Assembly (NCBI GenBank): GCA_965655095.1
Contig: OZ296658.1
Span: 53,320,001-53,384,000 of the forward strand
Length of the DNA: 64,000 bases
Direction: 5' to 3'
From: Haplodiscus bocki
Taxonomy: Eukaryota
A model generated the notes under the pieces. It was not told the DNA's origin. It was given only the letters and a program-made list of their open reading frames with translations, and did not search any database. Shown here in pieces: positions 35,701 to 50,900 of the stretch; position 1 is the first letter of the stretch; the number at the start of each line of letters is the position of its first letter. Position numbers and translations under genes: made by a program.

Positions 35701-35991
35701 CAATTTTCGAGATTGAAATGGTTATAGTGGTAACAATTACAGAGGACACAACAGTGGAATTTATTCAATTATGGACAGTAGATTTTGTAATAATTACCAA
35801 CAATTCAATGATCAAAATGCTCAAACGACATTAAACACACGAAATATACGAAATATAGTAGGACATATTGTGACAAGGGCATTGACGCAAAAGGTTTGCT
35901 CTCTTGTGGTTATCCTAATCACTTAGCAAAAAAGGTGAAGCGATAGGAAGAAGCAATTCACGAGTTGGAAAAGTTCCGTTCAACTCCCAGT

Positions 35992-37207
35992 CAAAAAACT
36001 ACTGATGCCACACACGTCAGGTAGTCCAGAAGGCTGCAACCTTTTAATTTCAATGCACTACAAATCTAAATGTTTCTTCACCGGAACTAATTTTTTTAAC
36101 CCAAAATGAACTTGAAGAAACCCCAATCCCTAAAAAAGATGAATCTCAGCATCCAGTAGATTTGGAAATGAACGCGTTCATTCTACTTGAAGGAGGAATT
36201 TTGACGTATTTACCGTTAAAGTTTGAAATTGACGTCAAGACGAAAGCAATAATTGACACAGGAGCTTTTGCTAGCGCCATGCCGGCAGATTTTGATGAAA
36301 AACAGGGAAATATCGCGGAATTCACTCTCAGAATTACAGCGAGCTTTTTTTTAAATGTCAAAGTTGCATCAGGGCGCCATGTTAAAGTTCTTGACTGAAT
36401 TGACGTCAAATTCAAAATTAATGAACAAAAATTTGAGAATACATGCTTCATACTTCCCTCAATGAACAGTGTTTTCTTAGGCAAGCCGTTCTTTCGAAAA
36501 TACGGTGTTGAATTTTGCCCGGGAGACAATATGCTTAAAATAACATAAATGACTTCCGAATTGACTGAAGTAACAACCCCTAGCGAAGGACGCGAAATTT
36601 TTCCTAAAAGACTATACCCATTTGTGATGAGCCAGAGAGTCATAATCAAACCTCAGGATCTGGAAATTGTACATACAAAAGTAGATTTTCGGAAAAGATC
36701 AGAAGGACACCCTGGAACGATTATCCCAGATGAAGAAATATACATCCCAGAAGAAAATAATACAGAATGAGACTTTCATCATCTGTTGTCACAGTTGGAA
36801 AACACAATACAGTTTCAGTTTTAGCAATCAATTTGAATGATCACGATCTAAGTTTCACAAACAACAAACAGGTTGCAGTTTTTCAATATCTCTCCCCGCC
36901 GGAAGAGGAGGAATTTATCGATATCGGGCCAGAAATTCTGGCACTCGTCAAAATGGAAAAGGCAGTAGTTTCCCGCGAGATTATTCAACTTATACGAATG
37001 CGAAAAACAAAAGCAGGAAAACAACCTCAACGCCCCTTTACCGAATATGATGAAATCTGGTTTCCTACGCCGGAAATATGTCAAAATCTTGTACCTTACT
37101 GAGGAAATTTTTTTCAGAACATAGGTAATTTGCAAAAACGTCCTCTTTTGGATCCGCAAAATAACGAAACCGAGAAGAAAATTTTTTCAGCACAATTTGA
37201 CTGGTGG
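35992..37207 (+). pseudogene. pol: 5' pol fragment: retropepsin protease and spacer, truncated before RT (unit 2; repeated in units 1-8)
   Basis: KAIIDTGAFASAMP (D-T-G active site) ... FFILPSMNSVFLGKPF, then a beta-rich region VIIKPQ...LSSSVVTV...VLAINL...NKQVAVF, ending at AQFDW; no RT, RNase H or integrase in any unit. Confidence 0.85.
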
Positions 37208-40200
37208 CGATTAGGAGACACTGTGACTGTTACTTGTCTCAGTTCGATTTTTTCGAACTACCTTTTGCTAGACATTTGGTGTACTGATTCTGAAAGTGTT
37301 AATCGTTTATCCGATTAAGGTTTAAATGCCTTTCCGCACATTGTTTGTGAATGTTCTCTTTGACATCAACTGACAAGTCAGAATGTCTTGCGAAGTTTTG
37401 TGTAACATTGCATGTTTTGAAGTTACTAAAGCAGGAAAGGCTTCTCAGGAATTTGCCCAGAAAACGTTGACCTCTTTTATCTTTAAAAGAACTCTCCACT
37501 AGTTCTAAATTTTTCACTACTGTCAATCAATGGGCCGCTATATTTAAGATAAAATACTCACTCCTATCAACAATCGAAAAATATTTAGTATAAATAGCAT
37601 AGATTTTTAGGTTAATGGATTCAACAAAATTGCTGATTATAAACCAATGTTGATATAAACTAACCAAATTACTTTTTTCTGAGACTAGCTGTGAGTTGCT
37701 ATTGGTTGCAAGTCTTATCGACGAACCTCGTATCCAATGCTCTCAGCAATAATCTCAAAGAAATGAACAGTAAAACCCGCTCCGGCTAAAAGAGGATTCA
37801 GAAGTAGATGCACATACAATATATGATGACAGATCGTGTGCGACAACAAGCTACACAGCGAAGACCAGCAGCAGCACAAGATGATTGGATCCAGTGTTTT
37901 GTGTGAAATATAACGAACAGGGCAGTGCGATCTTGTCAAAATGACAAGCAGCCTATATCCTACTGCCAAAAAGTTTAACCTAATCTAGACGCCTACAACC
38001 TATTGGAGAATGAAGGGACGAAACACCTACCTGAGCTAAAGCAATCCTATGATGCAGAAAGCAGCAGTGCTATTTTTCTGTTAGTCATGATCTTATTCCT
38101 GACCAAGGAAGCTTAACTTGGATGTAGTATATTGTTAGTTGCGCTGTGATTGTTTTCAAAACTGTTGTTCTCATCATTTCACAGATTTCATTGGGACGAT
38201 TGTTCCACAGATTTCGATGGGAGCGCTTGATGACCTGAATTAATAATAAGGCATTAGTTGTGTTTTCACTTTCATTCGGCATCATCACTTTCCGAAACTG
38301 AATCATTTCATGTGGCTCTCATCTTTTGCGAAAATCTCGCGAATCGTAACGACTTAAATTCGTTTTGTAAATTTGGCAGCTAACGCACAATCAACAGTTT
38401 CTCTCCAAAGTACGCAGGACGTTCAACTGGTAGTTGGACTGACTTTCGTTCTTTGTTTCGAAGTTCAGTTGATGTTACAGGACTCCAAGCAAACCAAAGA
38501 GTAGGATTCTTGAACTCCTTGAGAGATTCAGCACTAAACTTTTTCCACACCACAGATGAAAACACGAAAGGAGACTTAGAGTTAACAATCACAACGTTGA
38601 AAAATCATTTTCGCAACCCGAATTTGAGAGAAATTCGTCACATAAACTTCGAAAACTCGAAATTTAACCACAAAACGTTGGAAATCTTGACATTTAACCA
38701 CAGAAGAGTTTACTGAGGAATTTTTGGTCCAATCTCAAAATATAGCGACGAAATCTTATCAAAGACCAGCAGATCAACCAGTGGCACCCATTTGACAATA
38801 CTGTGGAAAATGACCAAGACTGGGTTGAGAGAAAATCGTGCTAACCATAACAGACGAAGCTTTCCTCACGAAAAGGGAAAAGCATACCATACTAATATTC
38901 AAGGAAGCAACGCCAATTTCCATCAAACTCAAACTTCTAGAGGAGCCAGAAGATGCCACAATCAATGAATTGTAGACAGAAGCCAGGCAAAAACTGGTTT
39001 CGAGAGTTTTGCCCAATTGATGACTAGTCTAAGTTTGGATTTAATGAGATGAGTACAGGTTAGTGCAAAGAGTTCCGAACAGTCCTGACCAAAATGATAG
39101 AAAACCAAATTTCTCGAAAAAAGAATGAATACATTGACTGAAAAAAAATACTCCTCCGCAATAAGGCACATCCGGCCAAAACTCGGTTCAGAATTTTGAC
39201 CACAACGAAAATGAAGAGGAAATTCCGGAGGACGCTTTAATCAAAATCATGGAAACACAAAAGATCTTATAAAAATCGAGGATCGAATAACTCTACCTAA
39301 ACCAAAATCAAGGTAGTTACGAAAACGTTTTTGGAGGCAATTTTCGAGATTGAAATGGTTATAGTGGTAACAATTACAGAGGACACAACAGTGGAATTTA
39401 TTCAATTATGGACAGTAGATTTTGTAATAATTATCAACAATTCAATGATCAAAATGCTCAAACGACATTAAACACACGAAATATACGAAATATAGTAGGA
39501 CATATTGTGACAAGGGCATTGACGCAAAAGGTTTGCTCTCTTGTGGTTATCCTAATCACTTAGCAAAAAAGGTGAAGCGATAGGAAGAAGCAATTCACGA
39601 GTTGGAAAAGTTCCGTTCAACTCCCAGTCAAAAAACTACTGACGCCACACACGTCAGGTAGTCCAGAAGGCTGCAACCTTTTAATTTCAATGCACTACAA
39701 ATCTAAATGTTTCTTCACCGGAACTAATTTTTTTAACCCAAAATGAACTTGAAGAAACCCCAATCCCTAAAAAAGATGAATCTCAGCATCCAGTAGATTT
39801 GGAAATGAACGCGTTCATTCTACTTGAAGGAGGAATTTTGACGTATTTACCGTTAAAGTTTGAAATTGACGTCAAGACGAAAGCAATAATTGACACAGGA
39901 GCTTTCGCTAGCGCCATGCCGGCAGATTTTGATGAAAAACAGGGAAATATCGCGGAATTCACTCTCAGAATTACAGCCAGCTTTTTTTTAAATGTCAAAG
40001 TTGCATCAGGGCGCCATGTTAAAGTTCTTGACTGAATTGACGTCAAATTCAAAATTAATGAACAAAAATTTGAGAATACATGCTTCATACTTCCCTCAAT
40101 GAACAGTGTTTTCTTAGGCAAGCCGTTCTTTCGAAAATACGGTGTTGAATTTTGCCCGGGAGACAATATGCTTAAAATAACATAAATGACTTCCGAATTG

Positions 40201-41949
40201 ACTGAAGTAACAACCCCTAGCGAAGGACGCGAAATTTTTCCTAAAAGACTATACCCATTTGTGATGAGCCAGAGAGTCATAATCAAACCTCAGGATCTGG
40301 AAATTGTACATACAAAAGTAGATTTTCGGAAAAGATCAGAAGGACACCCTGGAACGATTATCCCAGATGAAGAAATATACATCCCAGAAGAAAATAATAC
40401 AGAATGAGACTTTCATCATCTGTTGTCACAGTTGGAAAACACAATACAGTTTCAGTTTTAGCAATCAATTTGAATGATCACGATCTAAGTTTCACAAACA
40501 ACAAACAGGTTGCAGTTTTTCAATATCTCTCCCCGCCGGAAGAGGAGGAATTTATCGATATCGGGCCAGAAATTCTGGCACTCGTCAAAATGGAAAAGGC
40601 AGTAGTTTCCCGCGAGATTATTCAACTTATACGAATGCGAAAAACAAAAGCAGGAAAACAACCTCAACGCCCCTTTACCGAATATGATGAAATCTGGTTT
40701 CCTACGCCGGAAATATGTCAAAATCTTGTACCTTACTGAGGAAATTTTTTTCAGAACATAGGTAATTCGCAAAAACGTCCTCTTTTGGATCCGCAAAATA
40801 ACGAAACCGAGAAGAAAATTTTTTCAGCACAATTTGACTGGTGGCGATTAGGAGACACTGTGACTGTTACTTGTCTCAGTTCGATTTTTTCGAACTACCT
40901 TTTGCTAGACATTTGGTGTACTGATTCTGAAAGTGTTAATCGTTTATCCGATTAAGGTTTAAATGCCTTTCCGCACATTGTTTGTGAATGTTCTCTTTGA
41001 CATCAACTGACAAGTCAGAATGTCTTGCGAAGTTTTGTGTAACATTGCATGTTTTGAAGTTACTAAAGCAGGAAAGGCTTCTCAGGAATTTGCCCAGAAA
41101 ACGTTGACCTCTTTTATCTTTAAAAGAACTCTCCACTAGTTCTAAATTTTTCACTACTGTCAATCAATGGGCCGCTATATTTAAGATAAAATACTCACTC
41201 CTATCAACAATCGAAAAATATTTAGTATAAATAGCATAGATTTTTAGGTTAATGGATTCAACAAAATTGCTGATTATAAACCAATGTTGATATAAACTAA
41301 CCAAATTACTTTTTTCTGAGACTAGCTGTGAGTTGCTATTGGTTGCAAGTCTTATCGACGAACCTCGTATCCAATGCTCTCAGCAATAATCTCAAAGAAA
41401 TGAACAGTAAAACCCGCTCCGGCTAAAAGAGGATTCAGAAGTAGATGCACATACAATATATGATGACAGTTCGTGTGCGACAACAAGCTACACAGCGAAG
41501 ACCAGCAGCAGCACAAGATGATTGGATCCAGTGTTTTGTGTGAAATATAACGAACAGGGCAGTGCGATCTTGTCAAAATGACAAGCAGCCTATATCCTAC
41601 TGCCAAAAAGTTTAACCTAATCTAGACGCCTACAACCTATTGGAGAATGAAGGGACGAAACACCTACCTGAGCTAAAGCAATCCTATGATGCAGAAAGCA
41701 GCAGTGCTATTTTTCTGTTAGTCCTGATCTTATTCCTAACCAAGGAAGCTTAACTTGGATGTAGTATATTGTTAGTTGCGCTGTGATTGTTTTCAAAACG
41801 GTTGTTCTCATCATTTCACAGATTTCATTGGGACGATTGTTCCACAGATTTCGATGGGAGCGCTTGATGACCTGAATTAACAATAAGGCATTAGTTGTGT
41901 TTTCACTTTCATTCGGCATCATCACTTTCCGCAACTGAATCATTTCATT

Positions 41950-41960
41950 TGGCTCTCATC
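41950..41960 (+). promoter_or_regulatory. Primer-binding-site-like motif TGGCTCTCATC (unit 4; equivalent position in all units)
   Basis: TGG 2 nt after the LTR-terminal CA; 8/11 identity to the tRNA-Lys-type PBS TGGCGCCCAAC; primer assignment tentative. Confidence 0.5.
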
Positions 41961-44900
41961 TTTTGCAAAAATCTCGCGAATCGTAACGAGTTAAATTCGT
42001 TTTGTAAATTTGGCAGCTAACGCACAATCAACAGTTTCTCTCCAAAGTACGCAGGAAGTTCAACTGGTAGTTGGACTGACTTTCATTCTTTGTTTCGAAG
42101 TTCAGTTGATGTTACAGGACTCCAAGCAAACCAAAGAGTAGGATTCTTGAACTCCTTGAGAGATTCAGCACTAAACTTTTTCCACAACACAGATGAAAAC
42201 ACGAAAGGAGACTTAGAGTTAACAATCACAACGTTGAAAAATCATTTTCGCAACCCGAATTTGAGAGAAATTCGTCACATAAACTTCGAAAACTCGAAAT
42301 TTAACCACAAAACGTTGGAAATCTTGACATTTAACCACAGAAGAGTTTACTGAGGAATTTTTGGTCCAATCTCAAAATTTAGCGACGAAATCTTATCAAA
42401 GACCAGCAGATCAACCGGTGGCACCCATTTGACAATACTGTGGAAAATGACCAAGACTGGGTTGAGAGAAAATCGTGCTAACGATAACAGACGAAGCTTT
42501 CCTCACGAAAAGGGAAAAGCATACCATACGAATATTCAAGGAAGCAACGCCAATTTCCATCAGACTCAAACTTCTAGAGGAGCCAGAAGATGCCACAATC
42601 AATGAATTGTAGACAGAAGCCAGGCGAAAACTGGTTTTTCGAGAGTTTTGCCCAATTGATGACCAGTCTAAGTTTGGATTTAATGAGATGAGTACAGGTA
42701 AGTGCAAAAAGTTCCGAACAGTCCTGACCAAAATGATAGAAAACCAAATTTCTCGAAAAAAGAATGAATACATTGACTGAAAAAAATACTCCTCCGCAAT
42801 AAGGCACATCCAGCCAAAACTCGGTACAGAATTTTGACCACAACGAAAATGAAGAGGAAATTGCGGAGGACGCTTTAATCAAAATCGTGGAAACACAAAA
42901 GATCTTATAAAAATCAAGGATCGAATAACTACCTGAACCAAAATCAAGGTAGTTACGGAAACATTTTTGGAGGCAATTTTCGAGATTGAAGTGGTTATAG
43001 AGGTAACAATTACAGAGGACACAACAGTGGAATTTATTCAAACATTGAGAATAGAAATTGTAGTTATCAACAATTTGATAATCAAAATGCTGAAACGACA
43101 TTAAACACACGAAATATAGTAGGACATATTGTGACAGCATTGTCGCAAAAGGTTTGCTATCTTGTGGTTATCTTAATCACTTAGCAAAAAAGGTGAAGCG
43201 ATAGGAAGAAGCAATTCACGAGTTGGAAAAGTTCCGTTCAACTCCCAGTCAAAAAACTACTGACGCCACACACGTCAGGTAGTCCAGAAGGCTGCAACCT
43301 TTTAATTTCAATGCACTACAAATCTAAATGTTTCTTCACCGGAACTAATTTTTTTAACCCAAAATGAACTTGAAGAAACCCCAATCCCTAAAAAAGATGA
43401 ATCTCAGCATCCAGTAGATTTGGAAATGAACGCGTTCATTCTACTTGAAGGAGGAGATTTGACGTATTTACCGTTAAAGTTTGAAATTGACGTCAAGACG
43501 AAAGCAATAATTGACACAGGAGCTTTTGCTAGCGCCATGCCGGCAGATTTTGATGATAAACAGGGAAATGTCGCGGAATTCATTCTCAGAATTACAGCGA
43601 GCTTTTTTTTAAATGTCAAAGTTGCATCAGGGCGCAATGTTAAAGTTCTTGACTGAATTGACGTCAAATTCAAAATTATTGAACATAAATTTGAGGATAC
43701 ATTCTTCATACTTCCCTCAATGAACAGTGTTTTCTTAGGCAAGCCGTTCTTTCACAAATACGGTGTTGAAATTTGCCCGGGAGACAATATGCTTAAAATA
43801 TAATTGACTGCCGAATTGACTGAAGTAAAAACCCCTAGCGAAGGTCGCAAAGTTTTTCCTAAAAGACTATACCCATTTGTGATGAGCCAGAGAGTCATAA
43901 TCAAACCTCAGGATCTGGAAATTATACAGACAAAAGTAGATTTTCGGAAAAGATCAGAAGGACACACTGGAACGATTATCCCAGATGAAGAAATATACAT
44001 CCCAGAAGAAAATAATACAGAATGAGACTTTCATCATCTGTTGTCACAGTTGGAAAACACAATACAGTTTCAGTTTTAGCAATCAATTTGAATGATCACG
44101 ATCTAAGTTTCACAAACAACAAACAGGTTGCAGTTTTTCAATATCTCTCCCCGCCGGAAGAGGAGGAATTTATCGATATCGGGCCAGAAATTCTGGCACT
44201 CGTCAAAATGGAAAAGGCAGTAGTTTCCCGCGAGATTATTCAACTTATACGAATGCGAAAAACAAAAGCAGGAAAACAACCTCAACGCCCCTTTACCGAA
44301 TATGATAAAATCTGGTTTCCTACGCCGGAAATATGTCAAAATCTTAACAACTCATGTACCTTACTGAGGAATTTTTTTTCAGAACATAGGTAATTTGCAA
44401 AAACGTCCGCTTTTGGATCCGCAAAATAACGAAACCGACAAGAAAATTTGTTCAGCACAATTTGACTGGTGGCGATTAGGAGACACTGTGACTGTTACTT
44501 GTCTCAGTTCGATTTTTTCGAACTACCTTTTGCTAGACATTTGGTGTACTGATTCTGAAAGTGTTAATCGTTTATCCGATTAAGGTTTAAATGCCTTTCC
44601 GCACATTGTTTGTGAATGTTCTCTTTGACATCAACTGACAAGTCAGAATGTCTTGCGAAGTTTTGTGTAACATTGCATGTTTTGAAGTTACTAAAGCAGG
44701 AATGGCTTCTCTGGAGTTTGCCCAGAAAACGTTGACCTCTTTTATCTTTAAAAGAACTCTCCATTAGTTCTAAATTTTTCACTACTGGGAATCAATGGGC
44801 CGCTATATTTAAGATAAACTACTCACTCCTATCAACAATCAAAAATTATTTAGTATAAATAGCATAGATTTTTAGGTTAATGGATTCAACAAAATTGCTG

Positions 44901-47900
44901 ATTATAAACCAATGTTGATATAAACTAACCAAATTACTTCTTTCTGAGACTAGCTGTGAGTTGCCATCGGTTGCAAATCTTATCGACGAACCTCGTATCC
45001 AATGCTCTCAGCAATAATCTCAAAGAAATGAACAGTAAAACCCGCTCCGGCTAAAAGAGGATTCAGAAGTAGATGCACATACAATATATGATGACAGTTC
45101 GTGTGCGACAACAAGCTACACAGGGAAGACCAGCAGCAGGACAAGATGAATGGATCCAGTGTTTGGTGTGAAATATAACGAACAGGGCAGTGCGATCTTG
45201 TCAAAATGACAAGCAGCCTATATCCTACTGCCAGAAAGTTTAACCTAATATAGACGCCTACAACCTATTGGAGAATGAAGGGACGAAACACCTACCTGAG
45301 CTAAAGCAATCCTATGATGCAGAAAGCAGCAGTGCTATTTTTCTGTTAGTCTTGTTCGTATTCCTAACCAAGGAAGCTTAAGTTGGATGTACTAGATTGT
45401 TAGTTGCGCTCTGATTGTTTTCAAAACGGTTGTTCTCGTCATTCCACAGATTTCATTGGGATGATTGTTCCACAGATTTCGATGGGAGCGCTTGATGACC
45501 TGAATTAATAATAAGGCATTAGTTGTGTTTTTACTTTCATTCGGCATCATCACTTTCCGAAACTGAATCATTTCATGTGGCTCTCATCTTTTGCGAAAAT
45601 CTCGCGAATCGTAACGACTTAAATTCGTTTTGTAAATTTGGCAGCTAACGCACAATCAACAGTTTCTCTCCAAAGTACGCAGGAAGTTCAACTGGTAGTT
45701 GGACTGACTTTCATTCTTTGTTTCGAAGTTCAGTTGATGTTACAGGACTCCAAGCAAACCAAAGAGTAGAATTCTTGAACTCCTTGAGAGATTCAGCACT
45801 AAACTTTTTCCACACCACAGATGAAAACACGAAAGGAGACTTAGAGTTAACAATCACAACGTTGAAAAATCATTTTCGCAACCCGAATTTGAGAGAAATT
45901 CGTCACATAAACTTCGAAAACTCGAAATTTAACCACAAAACGTTGGAAATCTTGACATTTAACCACAGAAGAGTTTACTGAGGAATTTTTGGTCCAATCT
46001 CAAAATTTAGCGACGAAATCTTATCAAAGACCAGCAGATCAACCGGTGGCACCCATTTGACAATACTGTGGAAAATGACCAAGACTGGGTTGAGAGAAAA
46101 TCGTGCTAACGATAACAGACGAAGCTTTCCTCACGAAAAGGGAAAAACATACCATACGAATATTCAAGGAAGCAACGCCAATTTCCATCAGACTCAAACT
46201 TCTGGAGGAGCCAGAAGATGCCACAATCAATGAATTGTAGACAGAAGCCAGGCGAAAACTGGTTTTTCGAGAGTTTTGCCCAATTGATGACTAGTCTAAG
46301 TTTGGATTTAATGAGATGAGTACAGGTAAGTGCAAAAAGTTCCGAACAGTCCTGACCAAAATGATAGAAGACCAAATTTCCCGAAAAAAGAATGAATACA
46401 TTGACTGAAAAAAATACTCCTCCGCAATAAGGCACATCCAGCCAAAACTCGGTACAGAATTTTGAGCACAACGAAAATGAAGAGGAAATTCCGGAGGACG
46501 CTTCAATCAGAATCGTGGAAACACAAAAGATCTTATAATTAATAAAGATTTTGTAATAATTATCAACAATTCAATGATCAAAATGCTGAAACGACATTAA
46601 ACACACGAAATATAGTAGGACATATTGTGACAACAGCATTGTCGCAAAAGGTTTGCTATCTTGTGGTTATCCTAATCACACAGCAAAAAGGTGAAGCGAT
46701 AGGAAGAAGCAATTCACGAGTTGGAAAAGTTCCGTTCAACTCCCAGTCAAAAAACTACTGACGCCACACACGTAAGATAGTCCAGAAGGCTGCAACCTTT
46801 TAATTTCAATGCACTACAAATCTAAATGTTTCTTCAACGGAACCAGATTTTTCAACTCAAAATGAACATGAAGAAACCCCAATCCCTAAAAAAGGCGAAT
46901 CTCAGCATCCAGTAGATTTGGAAATGAACGCGTTCTTTCTACTTGAAGGAGAAAATTTGACGTATTTACCGTTAAAGTTTGAAAATGACGTCAAGAGGAA
47001 AGCAATAATTGACACAAGAGCTTTTGCTAGCGCAGTGCCGGCAGATTTTGATGAAAAACAGGGAAATGTCGCGGAATTCACTCTCAGAATTACAGCGAGT
47101 TTTTTTTAATGTCAAAGTTGCATCAGGGCGCAATGATAAAGTTCTTGACTGAATTGACGTCAAATTCAAAATTAATGAACATAAATTTGAGGATACATTC
47201 TTCATACTTCCCTCAATGAACAGTGTTTTCTTAGGCAAGCCGTTCTTTGGCAAACACGGTGTTGAAATTTGCCCGGGAGACAATATGCTTAAAATAACAT
47301 AAATGACTTCCGAATTGACTGAAGTAACAACCCCTAGCGAAGGACGCGAAATTTTTCCTAAAAGACTATACCCATTTGTGATGAGCCAGAGAGTCATAAT
47401 CAAACCTCAGGATCTGGAAATTGTACAGACAAATGTAGATTTTCGGAAAAGATCAGAAGGACACACTGGAACGATTATCCCAGATGAAGAAATATACATC
47501 CCAGAAGAAAATAATACAGAATGAGACTTTCATCATCTGTTGTCACAGTTGGAAAACACAATACAGTTTCAGTTTTAGCAATCAATTTGAATGATCACGA
47601 TCTAAGTTTCACAAACAACAAACAGGTTGCAGTTTTTCAATATCTCTCCCCGCCGGAAGAGGAGGAATTTATCGATATCGGGCCAGAAATTCTGGCACTC
47701 GTCAAAATGGAAAAGGCAGTAGTTTCCCGCGAGATTATTCAACTTATACGAATGCGAAAAACAAAAGCAGGAAAACAACCTCAACGCCCCTTTACCGAAT
47801 ATGATAAAATCTGGTTTCCTACGCCGGAAATATGTCAAAATCTTAACAACTCATGTACCTTACTGAGGAAATTTTTTTCAGAACATAGGTAATTTGCAAA

Positions 47901-50900
47901 AACGTCTTCTTTTGGATCCGCAAAATAACGAAACCGACAAGAAAATTTTTTCAGCACAATTTGACTGGTGGCGATTAGGAGACACTGTGACTGTTACTTG
48001 TCTCAGTTCGATTTTTTCGAACTACCTTTTGCTAGACATTTGGTGTACTGATTCTGAAAGTGTTAATCGTTTATCCGATTAAGGTTTAAATGCCTTTGCG
48101 CACATTGTTTGTGAATGTTCTCTTTGACATCAACTGACAAGTCAGAATGTCTTGCAAAGTTTTGTGTAACATTGCATGTTTTGAAGTTACTAAAGCAGGA
48201 AAGGCTTCTCTGGAGTTTGCCCAGAAAACGTTGACCTCTTTTATCTTTAAAAGAACTCTCCATTAGTTCTTAATTTTTCACTACTGGGAATCAATGGGCC
48301 GCTATATTTAAGATAAACTACTCACTCCTATCAACAATCAAAAATTATTTAGTATAAATAGCATAGATTTTTAGGTTAATGGATTCAACAAAATTGCTGA
48401 TTATAAACCAATGTTGTTATAAACTAACCAAATTACTTCTTTCTGAGACTAGCTGTGAGTTGCCATCGGTTGCAAATCTTATCGACGAACCTCGTATCCA
48501 ATGCTCTCAGCAATAATCTCAAAGAAATGAACAGTAAAACCCGCTCCGGCTAAAAGAGGATTCAGAAGTAGATGCACATACAATATATGATGACAGTTCG
48601 TGTGCGACAACAAGCTACACAGGGAAGACCAGCAGCAGGACAAGATGAATGGATCCAGTGTTTGGTGTGAAATATAACGAACAGGGCAGTGCGATCTTGT
48701 CAAAATGACAAGCAGCCTATATCCTACTGCCAGAAAGTTTAACCTAATATAGACGCCTACAACCTATTGGAGAATGAAGGGACGAAACACCTACCTGAGC
48801 TAAAGCAATCCTATGATGCAGAAAGCAGCAGTGCTATTTTTCTGTTAGTCTTGTTCGTATTCCTAACCAAGGAAGCTTAAGTTGGATGTACTAGATTGTT
48901 AGTTGCGCTCTGATTGTTTTCAAAACGGTTGTTCTCGTCATTCCACAGATTTCATTGGGATGATTGTTCCACAGATTTCGATGGGAGCGCTTGATGACCT
49001 GAATTAATAATAAGGCATTAGTTGTGTTTTTACTTTCATTCGGCATCATCACTTTCCGAAACTGAATCATTTCATGTGGCTCTCATCTTTTGCGAAAATC
49101 TCGCGAATCGTAACGACTTAAATTCGTTTTGTAAATTTGGCAGCTAACGCACAATCAACAGTTTCTCTCCAAAGTACGCAGGAAGTTCAACTGGTAGTTG
49201 GACTGGCTTTCATTCTTTGTTTCGAAGTTCAGTTGATGTTACAGGACTCCAAGCAAACCAAAGAGTAGGATTCTTGAACTCCTTGAGAGATTCAGCACTA
49301 AACTTTTTCCACACCACAGATGAAAACACGAAAGGAGACTTAGAGTTAACAATCACAACGTTGAAAAATCATTTTCGCAACCCGAATTTGAGATAAATTC
49401 GTCACATAAACTTCGAAAACTCGAAATTTAACCACAAAACGTTGGAAAACTTGACATTAACCACAGAAGAGTTTACTGAAGAATTTTTGGTCCAATCTCA
49501 AAATTTAGCGACGAAATCTTATCAAAGACCAGCAGATCAACCGGTGGCACCCATTTGACAATACTGTGGAAAATGACCAAGACTGGGTTGAGAGAAAAAC
49601 GTGCTAACGATAACAGACGAAGCTTTCCTCACGAAAAGGGAAAAGCATACCATACGAATATTCAAGGAAGCAACGCCAATTTCCATCAGACTCAAACTTC
49701 TAGAGGAGCCAGAAGATGCCACAATCATTGAATTGTAGACAGAAGCCAGGCGAAAACTGGTTTTTCGAGAGTTTTGCCCAATTGATGACTAGTCTAAGTT
49801 TGGATTTAATGAGATGAGTACAGGTAAGTGCAAAAAGTTCCGAACAGTCCTGACCAAAATGATAGAAGACCAAATTTCCCGAAAAAAGAATGAATACATT
49901 GACTGAAAAAAATACTCCTCCGCAATAAGGCACATCCAGCCAAAACTCGGTACAGAATTTTGAGCACAACGAAAATGAAGAGGAAATTCCGGAGGACGCT
50001 TCAATCAGAATCGTGGAAACACAAAAGATCTTATAATTAATAAAGATTTTGTAATAATTATCAACAATTCAATGATCAAAATGCTGAAACGACATTAAAC
50101 ACACGAAATATAGTAGGACATATTGTGACAACAGCATTGTCGCAAAAGGTTTGCTATCTTGTGGTTATCCTAATCACACAGCAAAAAGGTGAAGCGATAG
50201 GAAGAAGCAATTCACGAGTTGGAAAAGTTCCGTTCAACTCCCAGTCAAAAAACTACTGACGCCACACACGTAAGATAGTCCAGAAGGCTGCAACCTTTTA
50301 ATTTCAATGCACTACAAATCTAAATGTTTCTTCAACGGAACCAAATTTTTCAACTCAAAATGAACTTGAAGAAACCCCAATCCCTAAAAAAGGCGAATCT
50401 CAGCATCCAGTAGATTTGGAAATGAACGCGTTCTTTCTACTTGAAGGAGAAAATTTGACGTATTTACCGTTAAAGTTTGAAAATGACGTCAAGAGGAAAG
50501 CAATAATTGACACAGGAGCTTTTGCTAGCGCAGTGCCGGCAGATTTTGATGAAAAACAGGGAAATGTCGCGGAATTCACTCTCAGAATTACAGCGAGTTT
50601 TTTTTAATGTCAAAGTTGCATCAGGGCGCAATGTTAAAGTTCTTGACTGAATTGACGTCAAATTCAAAATTAATGAACATAAATTTGAGGATACATTCTT
50701 CATACTTCCCTCAATGAACAGTGTTTTCTTAGGCAAGCCGTTCTTTGGCAAACACGGTGTTGAAATTTGCCCGGGAGACAATATGCTTAAAATAACATAA
50801 ATGACTTCCGAATTGACTGAAGTAACAACCCCTAGCGAAGGACGCGAAATTTTTCCTAAAAGACTATACCCATTTGTGATGAGCCAGAGAGTCATAATCA

